Positions 7,551-14,709 of a DNA stretch of 29,251 nt are shown here, one piece after another. The DNA is from Fidelibacterota bacterium (GTDB taxonomy: Bacteria > Fidelibacterota > Fidelibacteria > Fidelibacterales > DSDE01), in the NCBI GenBank assembly GCA_046735395.1, contig JBJKQR010000058.1, positions 1 through 29,251 on the forward strand, in the 5' to 3' direction. A program made the translations under genes and the position numbers. Every line of letters begins with the position of its first letter. Position 1 is the stretch's first letter. Under the pieces are notes generated by a model. The model did no database searches and was not told the origin of the DNA. It worked only from the letters and a program-made list of their open reading frames with translations.

Positions 7551-8890
7551 CAGTTCATCCTTTCGATTGTTATGAACGAGGGGCTGATCTCGCTTATGCG
7601 CCCCTGAATGCTGGCATGGACAGGAACGCCCAGATCCTCTTTTCGGACCGAGGCAATAATATCCCCTTCATAGACTTCTTCTCCCACGCTCACCATGGGA
7701 CTTGCCGGCACACCGATATGCTGAGAGAGAGAAATTTTCACTCGGGCCGGCTGGAGATTCAGATCGGAAAAGTCAGCTTTCCGGGCGTACCAATCGCTCA
7801 GTCCCAGGCGCTTCACCAAGGTTTTCACAGGTGGCAGACGGTAGCTTTTCGTCGCCTTCACATCCGTGCTCAGACGGCGGATTTCATCTTCACTGAAGGC
7901 AATTCCCTTTTTCCTGTTGTCAGCTTTTGCCAGACGGCAGGCTTCGCGCGGATCCAGGTTTTCCGGACAGGCGTAGAGGGAGCAGATATTGCATTCCACA
8001 CAGAAGGTGGCCCATTTATTCAGAATTTCGCTTTCGGGCCCGGAAAAGCTCAGGGCTCTCATGACCAGATGCGGTTTCAGCGGAATACCGAGTTCCGCCC
8101 GCGGACAGAGCATGGTACAGTTTGCACACTGATCACAGGCGCTTTTTCCGATGCTTTTCACCCGCTGTGTATTCCGGAGTGAGCGTCGCGCCAGATAATG
8201 ATCCGAGGGAATGACCAGAATGCCGCTGGTGGTCCGTCCGATGCTGTGCTGCGTATCCAACACCGGTTTTCCCATCATGGGGCCGCCGTCGATCATGATA
8301 TAATCCTGAACCAGGCTTCCGCCGGCAGCAGCGATGGCTTCGGCAAAGGACATGCCGATGGGAGCCCAGAAAGTGACGGGCTTCGCCACGGCGCCCTGAA
8401 CCGTGATCAGCGTCCGGGTGACAGGACGACCGAGAGAGGCGAAATAAATATTATGAAAAGTTTCCACATTGCTGACCACGCAGCCGACCTGCAGCGGAAT
8501 ACCGCCAGCAGGGATCTGACGCTGAGCAATTTCCCACACCAGTTCGTATTCATCACCGGCAGGATACACATCACGCAGAATGTGAATTTCAATGGACGTT
8601 CCGGCAATCGCCTGCTTCACAGCCTCGATGGCATCCCGGTTCTTCCCCTTGATACCGATGACCGTCCGTTTCGCGTGAACCTGCTGAGCCGCCAGAAGAA
8701 TCCCTTCCGTCATCTCCCGGGCAAACAGCCTCATCAGTTCCTTATCCTTGTCGAGAAGCGGTTCGCACTCAGCGCCGTTTACGATGAGAAAATCCACATC
8801 CTTGCCAAGCTTGACATAGGTGGGAAAACCGGCGCCGCCGGCACCGATCACACCTGCATCCCGAACCAGATTGATTAAGTCTGTTTTCAT
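7550..8890 (-). CDS. pduS: PduS/RnfC-like flavin and 4Fe-4S oxidoreductase
   Basis: AGVIGAGGAGFPT, NGAECEP, YPAGDE, SLBB region GGPMMG, two ferredoxin motifs CDQCANCTMLCP and CVECNICSLYACP, and a C-terminal LSQHIGVP...HASIQG barrel domain. The start is set at ATG 8890; the stop overlaps the pduT start. Confidence 0.88.
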   Translation of the reverse strand: MKTDLINLVRDAGVIGAGGAGFPTYVKLGKDVDFLIVNGAECEPLLDKDKELMRLFAREMTEGILLAAQQVHAKRTVIGIKGKNRDAIEAVKQAIAGTSIEIHILRDVYPAGDEYELVWEIAQRQIPAGGIPLQVGCVVSNVETFHNIYFASLGRPVTRTLITVQGAVAKPVTFWAPIGMSFAEAIAAAGGSLVQDYIMIDGGPMMGKPVLDTQHSIGRTTSGILVIPSDHYLARRSLRNTQRVKSIGKSACDQCANCTMLCPRAELGIPLKPHLVMRALSFSGPESEILNKWATFCVECNICSLYACPENLDPREACRLAKADNRKKGIAFSEDEIRRLSTDVKATKSYRLPPVKTLVKRLGLSDWYARKADFSDLNLQPARVKISLSQHIGVPASPMVSVGEEVYEGDIIASVRKEDLGVPVHASIQGRISEISPSFITIERMN

Positions 8891-8977
8891 TGCGAAAATT
8901 ACTGGTTTTTCATGACGCATGCAAGAAAACTCCTGCCCCCTCCTTCCCCGTGAAAATGGTGCGGACAGTAAGATTCC

Positions 8978-9091
8978 AACCTGAATGGGAATCCGAATTC
9001 CCAACCCTATGGATGCCGCCGCTTGGATGCGTAGTTGAATACCTGGGAAACCTGAATGGGAATCCGATTTCCCGACCCTATGGATGCGGCC
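8978..9091. repeat. two 43-bp direct repeats (8978-9020, 9049-9091) with an internal hairpin, separated by 28 bp
   Basis: aacctgaatgggaatccga[a/t]ttccc[a/g]accctatggatgc[c/g]gcc; 40/43 positions identical; internal inverted repeat GGGAAT-CCGA-ATTCCC. Confidence 0.9.
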
Positions 9092-9166
9092 TCGTAAAAT
9101 TCACTGGAAAATCAGGAAGGGCCACAGTATTTTGAGAATGTCCTGAATAAAACTGAGAGGAAACCC

Positions 9167-10705
9167 ATGCTGACCAAAGTGTATTCCGCTGCGGTCGAAG
9201 GCATTCATGCCTATGAAGTGACCGTGGAGACCTTTCTGGAAAAGAAACTGCCCAGTTATTTTCTGGTTGGCCTGGCGGAGGGCGCGGTGCGGGAGGCCTG
9301 GTCGCGCATCATTTCATCCATCAAATCCAGCAATCTGCCCACACCGAACCGCCGGATCACACAGAACCTGGCGCCGGCAAATGTCCGCAAGGACGGATCG
9401 TCCTATGATCTGCCGCTGGCTATCGGTATTCTGAGCGGTACCGGTGCCGTCTCTCAGGACGCACTGGACGAATTCACCATTCTGGGAGAGCTGTCTCTGG
9501 ACGGCCAGGTCAAACCGGTGCGGGGAGTGCTGCCCATCGCGTTGGAGATGCCACAGTTCGGCCGCCGGAAAATGCTGGTTCCGAAGGAAAATGCCAGGGA
9601 AGCCGCCATTCCGGGAACGGCGAAAGTGTGGGGAGTCGATACGCTCACCGAAGCTCTGGATATTCTCAATGGTCAACAGGCCGGAGAGAGTACTCAGGTC
9701 GATCTGAATCAATTATTCCGAACGCAGGAACGGAGCTATCCGGACTTTTCGGATGTGCGCGGCCAGGAGCATGTCAAGCGGGCTCTGGAAATCGCGGCAG
9801 CGGGAGGGCATAACATCCTCCTCATCGGGCCGCCCGGTTCCGGTAAATCCATGCTGGCAAAACGCTTTCCGGGAATCCTGCCCGATTTGACCCTGCAGGA
9901 AGCGCTGGAAACGACACGCATCCATTCCGTGGCCGGTACCATCCAGGCCGATCAGGGACTGGTGACGTCCCGCCCTTTCCGCTCCCCACATCATACCATT
10001 TCTGATGCAGCACTGGTGGGTGGCGGCCGGTTTCCCAGGCCGGGTGAAGTGAGCCTGGCTCACAATGGCGTGCTGTTTCTCGATGAACTGCCCGAATTCA
10101 AGAAAAATGTCCTGGAAGTATTGAGACAGCCCCTCGAAGACGGAGAGGTGACCATCAGCCGAGCTCTGACTTCTCTCACCTATCCGGCAAATTTCATGCT
10201 GATCGCGGCCATGAATCCCTGTCCCTGCGGGTATCATGGAGATCCCACACGGGAATGCAACTGTTCCCAGGGGCAGATACGTCATTACATGAATAAAATT
10301 TCCGGGCCGCTTCTGGATCGCATTGACATCCATATCGAAGTTCCGGCCGTCAGTTTTCAGGATTTAAGCAGCCTGGACCGGGGTGAATCGTCTGAAACAA
10401 TCCGGGAACGGGTGGACCGGGGCCGGCGTATCCAGAGCGGACGCTTTTCGGGTTATCCCGGAGTGTACTGCAACGCATCCATGAATGACAGACTGCTGGA
10501 CAGGTATACAAATCTGGACGAGCAATGCAAAATTCTCCTTCGTCAGGCGGTACAGCGTATCGGCCTCAGTGCCCGGGCCTTCAAGCGCATCCTGAAACTC
10601 AGCCGGACCATTGCAGATATGGAAAACAGCGAGATGCTGAAACCCGAACATCTGAGCGAGGCCATTCAGTACAGAAATCTGGATCGTTACCAGTCAGGAT
10701 GGTAA
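9167..10705 (+). CDS. comM: YifB/ComM Mg-chelatase-like AAA+ ATPase
   Basis: NLAPA.VRKDGS.YDLP.A, GELSLDG, GPPGSGKSMLA, RPFRSPHHT.S, PGEVSLAHNGVLFLDE, AMNPCPCG and SGPLLDRID motifs; GAGAGG RBS. Confidence 0.93.
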   Translation: MLTKVYSAAVEGIHAYEVTVETFLEKKLPSYFLVGLAEGAVREAWSRIISSIKSSNLPTPNRRITQNLAPANVRKDGSSYDLPLAIGILSGTGAVSQDALDEFTILGELSLDGQVKPVRGVLPIALEMPQFGRRKMLVPKENAREAAIPGTAKVWGVDTLTEALDILNGQQAGESTQVDLNQLFRTQERSYPDFSDVRGQEHVKRALEIAAAGGHNILLIGPPGSGKSMLAKRFPGILPDLTLQEALETTRIHSVAGTIQADQGLVTSRPFRSPHHTISDAALVGGGRFPRPGEVSLAHNGVLFLDELPEFKKNVLEVLRQPLEDGEVTISRALTSLTYPANFMLIAAMNPCPCGYHGDPTRECNCSQGQIRHYMNKISGPLLDRIDIHIEVPAVSFQDLSSLDRGESSETIRERVDRGRRIQSGRFSGYPGVYCNASMNDRLLDRYTNLDEQCKILLRQAVQRIGLSARAFKRILKLSRTIADMENSEMLKPEHLSEAIQYRNLDRYQSGW

Positions 10706-10751
10706 ATCTGCAGTCCGGATAATTTAAACAATAATAATTTTATTACGAATA

Positions 10752-11762
10752 TCAGCGGTAGCCGTTCGGATTAGATTTCTGCCAGGCCCAGGCATCGCGG
10801 CACATATCATCCAGCGTTCTTTCGGCGCGCCACTTCAGTTTTTCCCCGGCCAGTGCCGGATCAGCCCAGCATTCGGCAATATCACCGGCCCGTCGATCCG
10901 TGATGCGATAGGGGACTTTCCGGCCCGAAACCCGTGAAAAGGCCTCCACCATATCCAGAACCGAATACCCGGTTCCCGTGCCCAGGTTGAATACGGAAAT
11001 TCCCCGACGTTTTTTCAGATACTCCAGCGCCTTCACATGGCCCCGGGCCAGATCCACGACATGAATATAGTCACGGACACCGGTTCCGTCAGGAGTAGGA
11101 TAATCTCCGCCGAAGACGGACAGTTCCCGGAGCTTTCCCACAGCCACTTGCGAAATATAGGGCATGAGATTATTGGGTATTCCGGCAGGATCTTCACCGA
11201 TCAGCCCGCTTTCGTGGGCGCCGGCAGGGTTGAAATATCTGAGAATGATATAATGGTCATCCGGACGCGAGGGGCTGAGGTCGCGAAGCATGTCCTCGAT
11301 CATCAGTTTGCTTCTCCCATAGGGATTGGTGGCGCTGAGCGGAAAGTCCTCACGGATGGGAACCGTTTCCGGGTTGCCGTAGACCGTGGCGGATGAGGAA
11401 AAAACCAGATCGGCAACGCCATGGCGCTGCATCAGATCCAGCAGTACCAGAGTTCCCCCGATGTTATTCCAGTAATATTTGAGCGGCAGTTCCACGCTTT
11501 CACCCACCGCTTTCAGCCCGGCAAAATGAATGACCGAATCAATATTGTTTTCAATGAATACTTTTACGAAGTGTGTCCGATCGGTGATATCCACCTTCAC
11601 AAATCCCGGTTTTTTCCCGGTGATTTTCTCGATGCGTTTCAGAGATTCGGGATGAGAATTGGACAGATTATCTGCAATGAGCACATCAAATCCCGCCTGA
11701 AGCAGCTCCACACAGGTGTGGGAACCGATATATCCGGCGCCTCCCGTTACTAGTACCGTCAT
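10752..11762 (-). CDS. galE: UDP-glucose 4-epimerase
   Basis: VTGGAGYIGSH, HFAGLKAVGES, FSSSATVYG, YGRSK, LRYFNP and DGTGVRDYIHV motifs. The start is set at ATG 11762, downstream of AGGGA. Confidence 0.95.
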   Translation of the reverse strand: MTVLVTGGAGYIGSHTCVELLQAGFDVLIADNLSNSHPESLKRIEKITGKKPGFVKVDITDRTHFVKVFIENNIDSVIHFAGLKAVGESVELPLKYYWNNIGGTLVLLDLMQRHGVADLVFSSSATVYGNPETVPIREDFPLSATNPYGRSKLMIEDMLRDLSPSRPDDHYIILRYFNPAGAHESGLIGEDPAGIPNNLMPYISQVAVGKLRELSVFGGDYPTPDGTGVRDYIHVVDLARGHVKALEYLKKRRGISVFNLGTGTGYSVLDMVEAFSRVSGRKVPYRITDRRAGDIAECWADPALAGEKLKWRAERTLDDMCRDAWAWQKSNPNGYR

Positions 11763-11772
11763 AAATAATTCC

Positions 11773-12381
11773 CTATTTTTCCAGACCGGCGCGGAAATCA
11801 CCGATGCTGAACTTCACGCTGATTCCGGTCATGTAATGATGTTCGGTCGGCCATTTGTTCACCGGATCAATTTTAACAGTCTCGAGTTGAAAATCATGGG
11901 TATAACCGAGCTCGAACATGTAGTGATAGCGCAGTAAAATCCCCGTGACCAGTCCGAAGCGCCAGGCGCTGTCACCGGAAATACCCTTGTCAATGTAATT
12001 GGAGCGGAACCCGTACATGAAGACCCTCTGTCTGGCCGGCCTGCAGCGTTCACGCAGATAGCTGATTTCATATTCCGGGTTGTGATGCCAGGTCCATCCT
12101 GCCGTCAGCTTCGAATTCAGAATTTTCGTTTCGAGTGTATCTGAGGCGACCAGAAAATGCACGGCTGCACCGCTGCCCCAGATGGGCAATCCGATCGCTG
12201 CCGATACATCCATATGCGAATTGAGTCCATAATACATGGTGTATACAGGAACAATATTTTCGTAGGAAAATGAATAGGTATAGCTCGTCTCGCCCGGCTG
12301 CAGTTTTCCGGGCAATACCGTCGGATGATTGGTACAGGCGCTGAAGGCAAAAAGTAACACCAGACTGACTAATTTTTTCAT
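11773..12381 (-). CDS. hypothetical lipoprotein, beta-strand rich
   Basis: MKK + hydrophobic stretch + FSAC lipobox; AGGA RBS; fits between clc and galE without overlap. Confidence 0.65.
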   Translation of the reverse strand: MKKLVSLVLLFAFSACTNHPTVLPGKLQPGETSYTYSFSYENIVPVYTMYYGLNSHMDVSAAIGLPIWGSGAAVHFLVASDTLETKILNSKLTAGWTWHHNPEYEISYLRERCRPARQRVFMYGFRSNYIDKGISGDSAWRFGLVTGILLRYHYMFELGYTHDFQLETVKIDPVNKWPTEHHYMTGISVKFSIGDFRAGLEK

Positions 12382-12411
12382 GATAGTTCCTGCCTTTTCC
12401 GATCGGCTGAT

Positions 12412-14559
12412 TCAGCCCTCGTTTTTTACGGGAACCCGCGTCCGCGGTACCCGTGCACGAAATCGCCGGATATCCTGATCCTGTCCCAGAATGAGCACCA
12501 CGTCCCCATCCTTGAAGCAATAATCCGCATTTGGAATGGCTCCGGGCCGCTGCTGAAGACTGTCCGCACCGCCCTGGGTCCGGCTTCGGATCAGAATGAT
12601 TTCCACATTGTAGCTGTTCCGGATATCCAGTTCCCTGATCTTCTTCCCCACAAACACTTCGGGAATGCTCACTTCTACAAGCTGATAATTATCAACAACT
12701 TCCAGAGTCCGACCTTCCTCCATCCCGGTGACCATGGATGAAAAACTTCCTGTCAGATCCCGTTTGAACAGCTCCTTATTGTAAATATCCACGGCAGCCT
12801 GCAGAGACGCTGCTCCCAGCAGCCGCTTTTCCTTCTCGTTCGAAATCACCGGCAGAATCTTGTGGTCGCTGCGTCCCATGATGTGCATGGCCAGATCCAG
12901 TTTGTCATTCGCCTTCAGTGTGGGCGCTTCCAGATCCATGATATCCGAGGCAATGACGATATCAGCCAGAACATCCTGATCGTTCAGGTATTCCTTGATG
13001 GAATTCAGGGAAATATTTCCCAGAAAGCGTCCGTTTTTCGCCGTCACCAGGATCTCATCCTGCTTTTCGGTCAGCATCCGGGACAGAAGCTTTTTCAGAG
13101 GTGTGGCCCCCGATACGGAGGGATAGCCCTCGATCATGATGTCCTTGACCCGGAATTCCCGCAGAATATTGATATCCCGTCCGGCGAAGAGATTGATACC
13201 CTTGCGGACAAGCTTCAGGGTGTAGATACTTTCATTGAGGAGCTTCCGCGCGATCAGCACGGAAAGGATGGACGATATCATGAGCGGCAGAATAATCTTG
13301 TAATCATTGGTCATCTCAAAGATGATGAGAATCGCCGTTAGGGGAGCATGAGTAGCGCCGGCGACCACGGCTGCCATCCCGACGAGGGAATAGGCTCCGG
13401 AACCGGCAGTGACAGCCGGCAGGGCCAGATGCACCAGTTCACCGAAAAATCCGCCGGTCATGGTTCCCAGAAAGAGGGACGGGGCAAATATTCCGCCCGA
13501 TCCGCCGCTTCCGAGACTGATGGATGTGGCCAGCAGTTTGGCGAAGACCAGAACCAGCATGGCCATCCAGGTGAGCTGTCCCCGCAGGGCAGCGTCCATG
13601 CTGTCGTATCCCACACCGAAAATGGCGGGAACGGCAATCCCGAGCAACCCGATGAGCAACCCGCCGGAAGCCGTTTTCAGTGCCTGGTGCTGTTTGAGGT
13701 GATCATAAAAATCTTCGATCCGGTAGAGGGTTTTGATGAAGGCCCAGGCCACGACTCCGGACAGAATTCCCAGAATGGAATAAGGTATGAGTTCCAGCGG
13801 ACTGACCAGGTGATATTCCGGAATGGAGAAGGCCACATTATTTCCCAGCATATACCGCGATACGACCGTGGCAAGCACCGAAGAGATCACGATGGGACTG
13901 AACTGGGAAACGCCGAAATCACCGAGAATCACTTCCAGGCTGAAGAGAGCGCCTGCGATGGGAGCATTGAACGCGGACGCGATACCGGACGCGGCGCCGC
14001 AGGCTACAAATGTCTTCATCCGTTGTGGATTGACCCGGAAGAACTGGCCTACAACCGATCCGACCGCGGAACCTATCTGGATGACAGGCCCCTCCCGTCC
14101 GACAGATCCGCCGGATCCGATATAAATGGATGATGCGATGAGTTTTGCAAAAACGACCCGGGGCCGGATCTTGCCGTTTCTCAGCGCGATGGCTTCCATG
14201 ACTTCCGGAACACCATGTCCCTTGGCTTCATGACTGACATAGGCAATGATCAGGCCGACGATGAGGCTGCCGATGATGGGGACCGCGAGTTTCATCCAGA
14301 TCGGCACAGCCGTCAGATAGGCCACCGTGATATCCCAGTTTCCCCAGAAAATGCGTTTGAAGAAGCGGATCATTTCCTGTATGATCACACCGCCCAGTCC
14401 GCCCACCAGGCCTATGACCACGGCCGCCAGGATCATGAAGGTATGTTCGGTCCCGCGAAAGCGCCTGAAATATGCGGCGGAGGAAGAACTGACCTTCTGA
14501 AACCAGGTTCTCGCTGTTCTGCGAAAACGTAATATTGTTTTTTTAATTCCGCGCTTCAT
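12412..14559 (-). CDS. ClC-family chloride transporter/channel with CBS pair and C-terminal RCK_C (TrkA-C) domain
   Basis: GHGVPEV, GREGP, FNAPIAG, GIFAP and SIY motifs; CBS repeats (VKDIM, ASDIM); C-terminal FVGKKIRELDIRNSYNVEIILI...GDVVLILG typical of RCK_C. Confidence 0.92.
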   Translation of the reverse strand: MKRGIKKTILRFRRTARTWFQKVSSSSAAYFRRFRGTEHTFMILAAVVIGLVGGLGGVIIQEMIRFFKRIFWGNWDITVAYLTAVPIWMKLAVPIIGSLIVGLIIAYVSHEAKGHGVPEVMEAIALRNGKIRPRVVFAKLIASSIYIGSGGSVGREGPVIQIGSAVGSVVGQFFRVNPQRMKTFVACGAASGIASAFNAPIAGALFSLEVILGDFGVSQFSPIVISSVLATVVSRYMLGNNVAFSIPEYHLVSPLELIPYSILGILSGVVAWAFIKTLYRIEDFYDHLKQHQALKTASGGLLIGLLGIAVPAIFGVGYDSMDAALRGQLTWMAMLVLVFAKLLATSISLGSGGSGGIFAPSLFLGTMTGGFFGELVHLALPAVTAGSGAYSLVGMAAVVAGATHAPLTAILIIFEMTNDYKIILPLMISSILSVLIARKLLNESIYTLKLVRKGINLFAGRDINILREFRVKDIMIEGYPSVSGATPLKKLLSRMLTEKQDEILVTAKNGRFLGNISLNSIKEYLNDQDVLADIVIASDIMDLEAPTLKANDKLDLAMHIMGRSDHKILPVISNEKEKRLLGAASLQAAVDIYNKELFKRDLTGSFSSMVTGMEEGRTLEVVDNYQLVEVSIPEVFVGKKIRELDIRNSYNVEIILIRSRTQGGADSLQQRPGAIPNADYCFKDGDVVLILGQDQDIRRFRARVPRTRVPVKNEG

Positions 14560-14709
14560 GATTAGGTGGAAATATCATAAAATATCAGTCCATTTACCAG
14601 TTCAATTTAGCGGATAAACTCATTTTTCGTCGTATTTTCCCCTTTTTCCAGCTGAGCCGGGACCGAAAATATTTTCAACAGGATAGAGTTTAAGAAAATG
14701 AAAAAACTG

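Noticed and set aside
8891..9004. 38-aa N-terminal extension of PduS as an encapsulation peptide
   Set aside because: It runs through the repeat, is not amphipathic-helix-like, and PduS homology begins at MKTDL (8890).
8978..9091. Calling the repeat pair a bona fide CRISPR array
   Set aside because: Only two imperfect repeats, no leader and no cas genes; kept as an unclassified repeat.
9095..9130. Cobalamin riboswitch suggested by CACTG...GGAAGG near a PduS gene
   Set aside because: It is on the wrong strand for pduS, and the B12 box and other core motifs are absent.
9167..10705. comM as an interrupted mobile-element integration hotspot
   Set aside because: The ORF is full-length and uninterrupted.
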